From positions 1 through 40,833 of the IMG/VR virus record IMGVR_UViG_3300007609_001205: DNA of 40,833 nt; one strand, 5' to 3'. The stretch comes from a virus. Its lineage: Duplodnaviria; Heunggongvirae; Uroviricota; Caudoviricetes. Below, piece by piece: positions 1-8,855 of the stretch. The stretch's first letter is position 1. Each line of letters opens with the position of its first letter. Made by a program: the position numbers and the translations under genes. Under the pieces are notes generated by a model that saw only the letters and a program-made list of their open reading frames with translations, did no database searches and was not told the DNA's origin.

Positions 1-10
1 AAACATATAC

Positions 11-18
11 CAAATATA
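11..18 (-). promoter_or_regulatory. Bacteroidota-type sigma70 -7 element (TATATTTG) for a gene beyond the left edge
   Basis: Minus strand reads TATATTTG, matching the TAnnTTTG consensus, in the intergenic space after the TGA TGA stops at 41-46. Confidence 0.5.
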
Positions 19-43
19 AGAAAAATATTGGAAAGTTTAATCA

Positions 44-946
44 TCATTTTGTTTTTTTTCTCAAAAACCCCAATAATTTCTCTCTTCTTTTCCACCCAAA
101 TACCACCAATGGAATAGCCACAGATGATGCAAACCATTCCCAATTGTTGTAAAAGAATCTTCTAATACTATATATGTGGTCAGCAGTTATGTTTATATCC
201 TTTTCGAAAACCGTTATACTACGATTCATATTGCCAAAATCGGTCTTTTTCTTTATATTGATTACCAATTTCAATTTACCACCACCCGAACGGATAGGCG
301 TAACCCCCCATGTCCATTCATTATACCTCTCGTCATTTTCAAGTGCCTGTACCCCATCAGTCAATGGTTTTATATCGAATTGTTTATTAACACCATCTGG
401 ATTCGGATCAGATAGAATAACTTCCATAACCTCTGATGTTTCTATTTCATATATTGTCGTATCATTCGAAAAACCAACTGAAATGTTATTATTCTTCTTT
501 CTACTTATTCTCAATTTAACAATATGTGCATCACCAACTACCATTTCAGTAGGACAATCATACACCATCGAACCAGTATTCAAATCCAATTCTGTTGGGT
601 CAGTGTCTATGTTCCTATCAACCACAACAGGCATTGATCCTGCCGATTCTGTTGATGGATTTGGTGCAAATGCGGGCATCTCGTTATTTGAAGTAGTTAC
701 ACTTGGTTCTACTGCAGTAGCTTCATCTGATGCCTTCTCACTTTCTTCTATTGGTTCTAATGCAACTAACTCTTCTTCGGGTTCTGTGATCATTGAATAT
801 TCTGCATCCTCTTTAGGCATATCACCATCATTTGTATGAACTTCCATGGACACATCGTGATATTCCACTTCAATAAATTCATCATTCACAACACTGGGTT
901 CATCATACATTTGCTCTGGTTCATCATAATCACTACTCGGTGACAT
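44..946 (-). CDS. Hypothetical membrane-anchored protein with acidic low-complexity N-terminus and C-terminal TM helix; probably the body of a lipoprotein gene that began at 1060
   Basis: 300-aa ORF; D/E-rich first third, beta-rich middle, C-terminal hydrophobic segment WEWFASSVAIPLVVFGW followed by KRR. Confidence 0.7.
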   Translation of the reverse strand: MSPSSDYDEPEQMYDEPSVVNDEFIEVEYHDVSMEVHTNDGDMPKEDAEYSMITEPEEELVALEPIEESEKASDEATAVEPSVTTSNNEMPAFAPNPSTESAGSMPVVVDRNIDTDPTELDLNTGSMVYDCPTEMVVGDAHIVKLRISRKKNNNISVGFSNDTTIYEIETSEVMEVILSDPNPDGVNKQFDIKPLTDGVQALENDERYNEWTWGVTPIRSGGGKLKLVINIKKKTDFGNMNRSITVFEKDINITADHIYSIRRFFYNNWEWFASSVAIPLVVFGWKRREKLLGFLRKKTK

Positions 947-1060
947 CTAGTTATACATAATCTCGTTTCACGAATAACCCGGGTCATTTGATTTCTGTGT
1001 CCTACAACCAAAAAATCCAATTAGAAAGATTGTCAATAGTAATATAGTGTGCTTTTTCAT
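947..1060 (-). pseudogene. In-frame lipoprotein-signal-like 5' extension of the 44..946 ORF, interrupted by TGA (970-968) and TAG (949-947)
   Basis: ATG at 1060 gives MKKHTILLLTIFLIGFFGCRTQKSNDPGYS*NEIMYN*MSPSS in the same frame as 44..946; TTAATATATA motif ends 4 nt before this ATG. Confidence 0.5.
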
Positions 1061-1064
1061 ACAC

Positions 1065-1074
1065 TATATATTAA
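1065..1074 (-). promoter_or_regulatory. TTAATATATA putative phage (late-type) promoter
   Basis: Exact copy of a motif seen at 7 or more gene starts; 4 nt upstream of ATG 1060. Confidence 0.5.
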
Positions 1075-1081
1075 ATTCAAT

Positions 1082-1555
1082 TCAAGAATATGGTCTAATT
1101 GATAGAATTTCCAATTTCATATTTCCAACTGGAACATTAACATCAACAATTTCACCAATAGTTTTTCCAATAAGTGCCTTTCCAATAGGTGAATTAAAGG
1201 ATATTTTACCTTCTCGTATATTTATTTCATTTTCGGGAACCAATGACCACTCCACCACCGAGTTGTTATTGTGATTTTTTAGATTAACAATAGACAACAT
1301 ACCAACACATTTCAAATCCGTTGGTGCATATATCACTTCACTATTCATTATCTTTTGTGATAAGTTGGATATCTTTAACTGGACAGATTCTTGGTAAGAT
1401 TTGGCTGACTCGTATTCTTCGTTCTCAGAAAGGTCGCCCTTATCTACGGCATCTTGTATCATTGCCACTGCTTCTTTGGCATCTACGCGGATCAAATGGT
1501 TAAGTTGCTCTTTAAGTTGTTCTAAACCATTCTTAGTAACATAATTTTTATTCAT
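1082..1555 (-). CDS. greA: Transcription elongation factor GreA
   Basis: N-terminal coiled coil with GDLSENEEY tip motif (both acidic residues kept); C-terminal ISFNSPIGKALIGK..G..V.V.VP.G motif; 157 aa. Confidence 0.95.
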   Translation of the reverse strand: MNKNYVTKNGLEQLKEQLNHLIRVDAKEAVAMIQDAVDKGDLSENEEYESAKSYQESVQLKISNLSQKIMNSEVIYAPTDLKCVGMLSIVNLKNHNNNSVVEWSLVPENEINIREGKISFNSPIGKALIGKTIGEIVDVNVPVGNMKLEILSIRPYS

Positions 1556-1609
1556 ATTTCAATTTGGAATTTGGTGTATTATATAACCAAATACACAAAA
1601 GTTCTATGA

Positions 1610-2179
1610 TTAGTCAAAATTAATGTAATCTTTGAACTTATCTAATAAATATTCTGTTATAAGATCTGACGTATTTACTGCGTTAAGGTATCTCACCTCT
1701 AATTTTGCGGTTTTACTTTTATCCTCTGATTCACTCCCATCCCCTTCCGGGATAACTTCATGATAATCTGATTCAGTCAATGTAATTATTGCAGGATGAT
1801 ATTTTGCAGTATTGCCCTTTGAACAAAAAAGTGGTTTCATAAATTCTATTGTTACATCTGGTGAAATAACTATACCAGCCTCTTCCTCAATTTCCCTCAA
1901 TAATGTTTTTGTAGGACTTTCTCCTTTTTCGATTGTCCCACTCAAAACAGTCATATGATATTCTTGACCCTCGGAATACTTGAACGTTGGTATATACTCA
2001 TATCTCAGAATAAATTTGTTCTGTTCTATGAGGTATATTATACACACAGCCATATCAGGCTCATTCACAATTGACCAACCTTCATATTCAACAATACTTA
2101 GGTGGTCATTTTCAAATTTAATATCTTTATCATTTGGCTCGAACTCAGTTTTTGGTTTTATTTTAGAAAATACTTGCAT
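1610..2179 (-). CDS. Nudix hydrolase (ADP-ribose pyrophosphatase-like)
   Basis: Nudix box SGTIEKGESPTKTLLREIEEEAGI; upstream RYEYIP resembles the ADPRase RQ.R.P element. Confidence 0.8.
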   Translation of the reverse strand: MQVFSKIKPKTEFEPNDKDIKFENDHLSIVEYEGWSIVNEPDMAVCIIYLIEQNKFILRYEYIPTFKYSEGQEYHMTVLSGTIEKGESPTKTLLREIEEEAGIVISPDVTIEFMKPLFCSKGNTAKYHPAIITLTESDYHEVIPEGDGSESEDKSKTAKLEVRYLNAVNTSDLITEYLLDKFKDYINFD

Positions 2180-2202
2180 ATGAATAAATATAGATGTTTA
2201 TC

Positions 2203-2212
2203 TATATATTAA
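2203..2212 (-). promoter_or_regulatory. TTAATATATA putative phage promoter
   Basis: Exact motif 23 nt upstream of ATG 2179. Confidence 0.45.
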
Positions 2213-2216
2213 ATCG

Positions 2217-2687
2217 TCAAATACCGAACTGTTCGGCAATTCGAGTATCGTGATTAAATGCAAAATCATATTTATCCAAGTCATTTTTATGCACCCATTC
2301 AATGGCAATAACCTCTCCTTGGTCAACCTTTGATACATCAACTGAATATTCTTCACTAGCAAACATTCGGTAATGAAAGTGTATGTTCTGTTTTTTGCTT
2401 GAAGACGGATCTGAGTTAATTTCCATAAGTTCAATTTCTTCTACATCTATAAGGTAAAGACCAGTTTCCTCATAAACTTCACGATATGCACACTCTTCTA
2501 TAGTTTCATCATAATCAAGATATCCACAAGGCATACACCATTTCCCGGTTTGTGTAACATTTTCACCACGTTTTACACACAGAACATGTTCATTATGAAT
2601 TATCATAACAATAGAAACTACCGATCGACTAATCCAACCAACACCCCTCACAAACTTATTTTCTTTATTACTGAACATCAGAACCAA
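2217..2687 (-). CDS. Nudix hydrolase
   Basis: VKRG...GKWCMPCGYLDYDETIEECAYREVYEETGL Nudix box; C-terminal AFNH. Confidence 0.9.
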   Translation of the reverse strand: MVLMFSNKENKFVRGVGWISRSVVSIVMIIHNEHVLCVKRGENVTQTGKWCMPCGYLDYDETIEECAYREVYEETGLYLIDVEEIELMEINSDPSSSKKQNIHFHYRMFASEEYSVDVSKVDQGEVIAIEWVHKNDLDKYDFAFNHDTRIAEQFGI

Positions 2688-2920
2688 GAACCTCTTTTAT
2701 TAAAAGAATTGCCTATTTTTGGTGGACTTTTGAATATGAGTGAATCTATTTTTAGAAATGGTCGAAATAGTTTGGACGTTATCACTGAGTAAGTGTAACC
2801 ATCTGTAGATTTCTTTATACCAAGTATAGAGTTCAGATTATCTCTTCCTTCACTTGATAGTTTTTTAGAATCTTCTCGGTATATATCCGATAAAATATCA
2901 TATGGGGACTTTTCTGCCAT
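2678..2920 (-). CDS. Hypothetical protein
   Basis: 80-aa ORF filling the gap between co-oriented genes. Confidence 0.55.
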   Translation of the reverse strand: MAEKSPYDILSDIYREDSKKLSSEGRDNLNSILGIKKSTDGYTYSVITSKLFRPFLKIDSLIFKSPPKIGNSFNKRGSWF

Positions 2921-2942
2921 CTTAAATTATTATATGGTTATA

Positions 2943-3554
2943 TTAATTTTCTTTATTTCGTTCATCTAATATCTCCCTCTCTCTCTGTGTGAGACTATCA
3001 ATTCCATCTTTTAGTATTTTATCAAGAATATCATCAACACTCGGATCATCTTCAACCTTTTCTTTCGGGACTTGTCCATCATATAAAGCCATATCTGCAA
3101 TTGGATCCAATCCAGACTTTTTCATCGTTTGTTTTAAATATTCTCGATCAACAAGATCACCATTTACATCAACCACATCATTTATTTTCTTACCGAAAAT
3201 AAAGTTTAGCATTTCTATGATATCATCAATTATTGAATCGTTTGGGAATTCTGATCGGATAACTTCTGATGTTAAGATTATTTTATTATTCTTAGTTACC
3301 GTAACACCCGCCTCAACAATATCCAACGTGATAACATAACCCGAAAAAATACCACCACGTATTTGAAATTGTGCATAATTATTTATCCTTGATACGAAAA
3401 TACATTTCCCAGATTCAATGGCAGATAATAACCCATACCAAGAATCTTTGATAATATTCAATTGCCTATCTTTAAGTGCTTTATCCACGGCTCGTGTAAC
3501 AATATAACCAACAAATGCGCCAATTAAAAAAACTAAAATGTGTGAAAATATCAT
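2943..3554 (-). CDS. Membrane protein with C-terminal DUF6576-like helical motif
   Basis: N-terminal TM helix ILVFLIGAFVGYIV; C-terminus VDDILDKILKDGIDSLTQREREIL resembles the tail on Bacteroidota rhomboid proteases. Confidence 0.65.
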   Translation of the reverse strand: MIFSHILVFLIGAFVGYIVTRAVDKALKDRQLNIIKDSWYGLLSAIESGKCIFVSRINNYAQFQIRGGIFSGYVITLDIVEAGVTVTKNNKIILTSEVIRSEFPNDSIIDDIIEMLNFIFGKKINDVVDVNGDLVDREYLKQTMKKSGLDPIADMALYDGQVPKEKVEDDPSVDDILDKILKDGIDSLTQREREILDERNKEN

Positions 3555-3564
3555 ATAATATCTA

Positions 3565-4659
3565 TTAATTTATTATTTCTCTCCTAATTTTTACTAGTAA
3601 ATTCTCAACCAAAGACCTATCAACACTATCAGGTAAATCAGAATTCTTAAACCTATCACCCATTGCTTTAATATCCCGTTCTACATCATCAATAAGTGTC
3701 TGTAAATCAACCTTGCCCTTTCGAATGTCTATAAGTTCTTTGGCATTTTCTCTACGAACAATGATTCCCTTTCCCTCAGATATTTCCATTGCCATATCCA
3801 TAAGCCTACGACAATGCATCATATTCTTACCATCGATTTTTTGACCATGTGACTTAACATCAACCCACCTGGCTTCATTTCGTTCATCTAACCACACTTG
3901 GTATGATTTATAATCTTTGCAATGTTTGACATAACCATCTCTGTTATATGAAATAAAAGCATCTGGTAAAACTCCCTTAGGTATGGACGACAATCTTAAA
4001 TCATTCGAATTATCTTGAATGATGCCTCTCATACCATCTTGTTCTGATAATTGTGTATAAAGTACATAAACATCACGGGCATTACTGATATTAACAAGAC
4101 CACAGTCTTTTTGATCAACATTTCTATCACTCAACCACTTTTTAAGTGGGTATGTACCATTCTTTTCATCATTACCACCAATGACATAACAAAAATCCAA
4201 TGGTGTCTTGCGAACCATCCTTTTCTTCTCCCAATTCTGTTTTTTATTCTGACCCTTTGCCTTGTATATTTGTTGTTTAGCATACCCACCAAAAGAATTA
4301 AAACACTTCTTAGTGATAAAATCTTTCTTGTGCAAAAGGACTTCATCAAAAAGTGGATGTTTATAAACAATACAATCTTGGGGGGTATTCAATAATTCAA
4401 GAACAGTTGGATTATTACTTTCAATTAGTTCAAGAAATCGTTTGATTTCATAAATGACAACATCATTGGTACTATCATTCACTTGTTCTTTATAACTCAT
4501 ACCAAGAATGCTATCCATATCTTGAACAAAAACACCTGCATAATCAGTATCAGAGGTAGGAATATTAGTTCCATATGCATGTGACCCCCTCACCACCAAA
4601 AGAAGTGGTAATGAACCAGGTGCTTTTTCCTCAATTAAATCCAATAGTTCTTGTTTCAT
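3565..4659 (-). CDS. DNA polymerase beta superfamily nucleotidyltransferase (RlaP/YcgL-like)
   Basis: RGSHAYGTNIPTSDTDYAGVF (GS...DxD) motif; NPTVLELL; C-terminal KNMMHCRRL...G helical domain. Confidence 0.85.
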   Translation of the reverse strand: MKQELLDLIEEKAPGSLPLLLVVRGSHAYGTNIPTSDTDYAGVFVQDMDSILGMSYKEQVNDSTNDVVIYEIKRFLELIESNNPTVLELLNTPQDCIVYKHPLFDEVLLHKKDFITKKCFNSFGGYAKQQIYKAKGQNKKQNWEKKRMVRKTPLDFCYVIGGNDEKNGTYPLKKWLSDRNVDQKDCGLVNISNARDVYVLYTQLSEQDGMRGIIQDNSNDLRLSSIPKGVLPDAFISYNRDGYVKHCKDYKSYQVWLDERNEARWVDVKSHGQKIDGKNMMHCRRLMDMAMEISEGKGIIVRRENAKELIDIRKGKVDLQTLIDDVERDIKAMGDRFKNSDLPDSVDRSLVENLLVKIRREIIN

Positions 4660-4663
4660 TTTA

Positions 4664-4671
4664 CAAATATA
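4664..4671 (-). promoter_or_regulatory. TAnnTTTG (TATATTTG) host-type promoter element
   Basis: Ends 4 nt before ATG 4659 of the nucleotidyltransferase. Confidence 0.55.
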
Positions 4672-4712
4672 AACATTATTCCTTTATAATACTATAAACG
4701 ACACAAAGTTTT

Positions 4713-4799
4713 CCATATTTCATAAAAATATGGTGGTGGAGTCTGATTATTGTTCGAACAAGGTCAGCCCTAAGGTCTGAGTTCATTAACTCGGACCTT
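4713..4799. other. Cluster of three inverted repeats (possible structured RNA or terminator)
   Basis: Hairpin 4713-4733 (8-bp stem), perfect palindrome TTGTTCGAACAA 4750-4761, hairpin 4772-4799 (12 bp including one G-U on the plus strand). Confidence 0.4.
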
Positions 4800-5288
4800 T
4801 CTTTTTATATACTCACCACAGAAAACAACAACCGCCCAATAAAAAATCATAAAAATGTTAAATATCGTGAAATTATTTGTCCACCCAAGACAAACAAAGA
4901 CAAAGGATATTAAAAAACACACACCCATTGAAATTAACCAAGGTCGTTTGATCAAATCAACCTTGAATGAATAACGCCTAAGTAAAGATAAAATATTCCT
5001 TACTCTCTGTTTTTTCGAACCAACCATATGAACAAGCTTATCATAACGTTTGGTTTTAATGTAACAATCCTCGCAATACATTTGACCATTATGCTTCCAA
5101 AACTCCTCTAAATCACCAAATCCTACATATTCCCTTTTTCTTAGACAATTCACACACCGATGACCATTTCGAATTTGTGCAGCAAAAATACTAGCACTCC
5201 GTTGGAATATGAAATTCCATAAAATAAGACCAATATAAACCATTAAAATAATACCATCAATCCACACCATTAAGACATACTTATGCAA
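4770..5288 (-). CDS. Hypothetical membrane protein with CxxC...CxxC zinc-binding motif
   Basis: N- and C-terminal hydrophobic helices flank CVNC...CEDC. Confidence 0.65.
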   Translation of the reverse strand: MHKYVLMVWIDGIILMVYIGLILWNFIFQRSASIFAAQIRNGHRCVNCLRKREYVGFGDLEEFWKHNGQMYCEDCYIKTKRYDKLVHMVGSKKQRVRNILSLLRRYSFKVDLIKRPWLISMGVCFLISFVFVCLGWTNNFTIFNIFMIFYWAVVVFCGEYIKRKVRVNELRP

Positions 5289-5680
5289 TTTGGACCAATA
5301 CCTAGACGAATACTATCCGGGTCAGTTAACCTACGACCACAACGACCACAACGACCCTCGTGCCATATCTCCACTACTTCCGGCAATTCTTTTGTTCTCA
5401 ATTTACCTATAACATAATCGAAAACCCTCACGGATTGTGTATTCTGACCAATAGAACTTTTGACCGAATGTCGGTAATTTGTATTTTTTCTAATCGAACC
5501 AATAAATTGATAAATATCGGGACTTGTAAGAACACTAACAAACCAAATAGAATCTTTTTTGTGTTTTTTAACTTTGAATGTAAACCTTTTCCCGGTTTGT
5601 GAATTCTTAAAAGTAACGTGAGAATTACCTGCAAAAATAAAATCAATTGAGTTAGCCGTTTCTATTTGTTTTGTTTGCAT
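5270..5680 (-). CDS. DUF6011-like phage protein with C-terminal zinc-binding motif
   Basis: WHEGRCGRCGRRLTDPDSIRLGIGPNC signature. Confidence 0.8.
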   Translation of the reverse strand: MQTKQIETANSIDFIFAGNSHVTFKNSQTGKRFTFKVKKHKKDSIWFVSVLTSPDIYQFIGSIRKNTNYRHSVKSSIGQNTQSVRVFDYVIGKLRTKELPEVVEIWHEGRCGRCGRRLTDPDSIRLGIGPNCISMS

Positions 5681-5684
5681 ATAT

Positions 5685-5692
5685 CAAAATTA
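5685..5692 (-). promoter_or_regulatory. TAnnTTTG (TAATTTTG) host-type promoter element
   Basis: Ends 4 nt before ATG 5680. Confidence 0.45.
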
Positions 5693-5723
5693 CAAAATAA
5701 AATTAACATATGAATATACAAAC

Positions 5724-6023
5724 TTATAATTTTTTTATCTCATCACGGACTATCGCTGCCTCCTCATACATCTCATTTTCAACATATACATTAAGTATGT
5801 CATTAAGTGTTTTGATCCTAATATCCACGGGGAGTAGTTCCATAAAATATATGTCAAAATAATAATATCTATCTGCAACTACATCATAATACCCATTTGA
5901 CATCCATTTTTCATAAACCAATATATCATAGTCATCCAATTCAATACTTACAACAGGAACCATATTATACTTTTTCACAAGTTCTTCAAATGGTATATCA
6001 TCAAAATCATCACTATCAAACAT
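5724..6023 (-). CDS. Small acidic protein with C-terminal UvrB/UvrC (UVR) motif
   Basis: C-terminus LNVYVENEMYEEAAIVRDEIKKL fits the UVR helical hairpin (E.YEEAA..RDEI). Confidence 0.65.
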   Translation of the reverse strand: MFDSDDFDDIPFEELVKKYNMVPVVSIELDDYDILVYEKWMSNGYYDVVADRYYYFDIYFMELLPVDIRIKTLNDILNVYVENEMYEEAAIVRDEIKKL

Positions 6024-6028
6024 ACCTA

Positions 6029-6739
6029 TTATTCATTTATTAATTTTTTTTCACATATATGATACATCAATATTGCATCATTAATGTCTTCATATGGCTT
6101 TGGCACTTTTTTCATACCCATCAAATCTCCCCTCATAGATTTAATGTGTTTAAACCACTCACTCTCTATTTCATCATTCTCGATAATTGACATCAACATA
6201 TGTGTTTTTGTAAAATTCCCACCGGCAATTCCATTATTATTTCTATAAGACACCTCTATTCTCTTTTTTCTGACACCAACCTCTTTTTCTATTGGTGGAT
6301 ATGTCAATTTACACGACTCCAATTTTAACTGGGTTGGAGATAGAACCTCAATATCCTCAGTTATTCGGTCATATATCTTTTTTCTTAATAGTGTGGAAAA
6401 TGTTACAAGGTCAAGTAGATCACCAACCTGTGCCCCAAAATTATAACCCTCTATCATAACCTTGGTGGGTTTATTAACATCAATGTTGGATGTTATATCA
6501 TCTAATATCATGTCTGTTACCAGGTCATAATCTTTCAATTTTACAATTTCACCTTCTGAATAATTATCAAATTTTCTATATGATATGTATCTTAGATCAC
6601 AAAAGGGTTCTGAATATTTAAACCATTTAGAAAGTCCGGATTTATTTGTGGCATCTGATTCACGACAATAATTTATAATATGACCATTGGCGACCAGTGC
6701 GGTTGATATTAAAGATGGATCAATTGCAACTATGTTCAT
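6029..6739 (-). CDS. RuvC-like (RNase H fold) nuclease, putative Holliday junction resolvase
   Basis: N-terminal IVAIDPSLISTA, central VMIEGY, PTQLK, C-terminal DINDA acidic motif. Confidence 0.7.
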   Translation of the reverse strand: MNIVAIDPSLISTALVANGHIINYCRESDATNKSGLSKWFKYSEPFCDLRYISYRKFDNYSEGEIVKLKDYDLVTDMILDDITSNIDVNKPTKVMIEGYNFGAQVGDLLDLVTFSTLLRKKIYDRITEDIEVLSPTQLKLESCKLTYPPIEKEVGVRKKRIEVSYRNNNGIAGGNFTKTHMLMSIIENDEIESEWFKHIKSMRGDLMGMKKVPKPYEDINDAILMYHICEKKLINE

Positions 6740-6800
6740 TGTTAATAAATAACCCTTTTATTATATATATGATAAGGATTATCCTACCTCCGACCCATGA

Positions 6801-8855
6801 TTATTCACTGGATTCATCACCGTGGTTTTTTGGGTCTAATTCTGGGTGTTTATGTAATACATATCCCATATAACTACCCCACTTTTCTTTTATATCTTCA
6901 TGTGTCAATTTATATGAAGAACCATCACTACCCCTTAACTTGAATGGCCCGGGACCCATTTCAGCCCTGCCTTCATCCACCCACTTCTGACACATCTTCA
7001 ATATTTCATACCTTCTCTCAGGTTCTCTTATATTTGTTTTACAAACACCCATCCAATCCATAGATTTGTTTATATCTATATTGTAGCCATTATCAAGCAA
7101 ATACTGCACAATATCCATTCTTTCCCATTGGAGAGCAATTCTCATAAGTTTACCATCAGACCTACCCTCAACTGCACCGGCATCCACTAAAAGTTTAACC
7201 ATGTCAATGTTCCCCATCTTTATTGCACATCTTATAGGCATACCACCACCCAAATCTGGGTCCATACCATTTTCGACACAGAATTTAACGGCTTCCATAT
7301 CGTCCAACACTGCACGGAAGGCATGTCTCGTTAATACCGCGCCATTATCAATTAACAATTTTAGTACGGGGAAAGAACGAGATTTATTTATACAAGAGTC
7401 AAAGCCGGTTTTAAGTGTGGCCACTGCACCATTATCAAGAAGATATTTAACCTTCTCAACATCATCTTCATCAATAGCATTTTCAAGTGGTTGACCATTT
7501 TGCGCATTTATATCACCACCATCTTCCTCGTGATATTGTTTTAGTTCATCAAGGGTTATATTAGACTTAACTATATTTCTGTTTGCACTTACCCTTCTTT
7601 TCTTTGCATCAATTTCTTCAGGTGTCATTGGTTCTAATAATTCCCAAAGACACCCTGGATCCGGCAAATCGTGATCCACTTCAAACCTAGAAAGAATGCT
7701 TCTCAAATTATTTTCTGATATGAAATGGTCTCGCTTATCATGTGTAGTTTCAACACTTTTATTTGGTCCGATTGTTGTTCCTATGAAACTAAGATCATCG
7801 GAAGAATCTAAATTGAAATTTACGATGACATACTGTTTATTATAAACAGTTTCACCACCAGCCCATTGATTCCAATAATGGAGGCTATTTTTTATACACC
7901 AAGATGTTGAACCACACAATTCTTGTGTTGCGGCAAATGATTTGAGTTCAAATATAATAACTTCATTCTCATCAAATAACAATTCTGCAGCGTGATCTGC
8001 ACCAAATCGCTTAGTTCTATATATCGCCTCTATAAATTTACTATATCCAGCATTTCCCTCTGCCTTGATGAAGTTCTTCGCACCCTTGACCATTGCCTCT
8101 AAATTTGGATATGCAGATATTTTACTATAAAATCTCTTCTGTATGGCTTTTCTCCTCCCCTTATTCATTACACCATCGACCATACCCAAGTTATCAAACT
8201 CGACTGCAATTTTAGCTAACTCACCTTTTATATATGGACCAGCTTTATCATACTCAGCCTTCATCGAAGACGGGAATTCATTTATGAATTTCTTAGACTT
8301 TCTATACATTTCAATATTCTCAAGGTCATCTTCAAGTTGTTCAAAATTTGGTTTCTCAGAATCCTGATCAATGTAATTGGTTATATTTCTACTTAACCTC
8401 TGTAAAAGGTCTGCATTCTTCTGTAAACGATCAAACATATATTTCAAGTCTTCATCACCAACTTTTTCAACAAGTTTGAAATACAAAAACATATAAACAT
8501 ATCCCTGCTTTTTACCCACTAACTTCTTTACATCCTCAATAGCCCCTGCTCGTTCTGCCTTTTCAAGTTCATCTTTTGTAATCTCAACCTTCTCTCTCTT
8601 ATCTAGCTCATTTGGATCTGTGTTTAAAATTTCCTTTGCCTTGTTTATCAAATCCGTTGGTAAATCCTTCTGTGCTATCGGATAACCATCAGAATCGTGT
8701 AACATAAGACCATCTTCGCTTGTTTTAAACTTTGAGTCTAGCCTAGTAACCACTTTATTTACTTGATACAGTTCTCTTGCCAATTTTTTAGCTTGTGCTA
8801 CATTCTCATTTAATAGCTTGTCATCTCTGAACGACCAATACTTAGAAAATCTCAT
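6801..8855 (-). CDS. Ankyrin-repeat-containing protein
   Basis: C-terminal ankyrin-like repeats (GQPLENAIDEDDVEKVKYLLDNGA; GMPIRCAIKMGNIDMVKLLVDAGA; LMRIALQWERMDIVQYLLDNGY); central CGSTSWCI domain. Confidence 0.8.
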   Translation of the reverse strand: MRFSKYWSFRDDKLLNENVAQAKKLARELYQVNKVVTRLDSKFKTSEDGLMLHDSDGYPIAQKDLPTDLINKAKEILNTDPNELDKREKVEITKDELEKAERAGAIEDVKKLVGKKQGYVYMFLYFKLVEKVGDEDLKYMFDRLQKNADLLQRLSRNITNYIDQDSEKPNFEQLEDDLENIEMYRKSKKFINEFPSSMKAEYDKAGPYIKGELAKIAVEFDNLGMVDGVMNKGRRKAIQKRFYSKISAYPNLEAMVKGAKNFIKAEGNAGYSKFIEAIYRTKRFGADHAAELLFDENEVIIFELKSFAATQELCGSTSWCIKNSLHYWNQWAGGETVYNKQYVIVNFNLDSSDDLSFIGTTIGPNKSVETTHDKRDHFISENNLRSILSRFEVDHDLPDPGCLWELLEPMTPEEIDAKKRRVSANRNIVKSNITLDELKQYHEEDGGDINAQNGQPLENAIDEDDVEKVKYLLDNGAVATLKTGFDSCINKSRSFPVLKLLIDNGAVLTRHAFRAVLDDMEAVKFCVENGMDPDLGGGMPIRCAIKMGNIDMVKLLVDAGAVEGRSDGKLMRIALQWERMDIVQYLLDNGYNIDINKSMDWMGVCKTNIREPERRYEILKMCQKWVDEGRAEMGPGPFKLRGSDGSSYKLTHEDIKEKWGSYMGYVLHKHPELDPKNHGDESSE

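Noticed and set aside
4734-4810. tRNA gene ending in CCA
   Set aside because: No 5' acceptor strand complementary to AGACTCC at tRNA distance, and no paired T-stem around TTCGAAC; kept only as a possible structured element.
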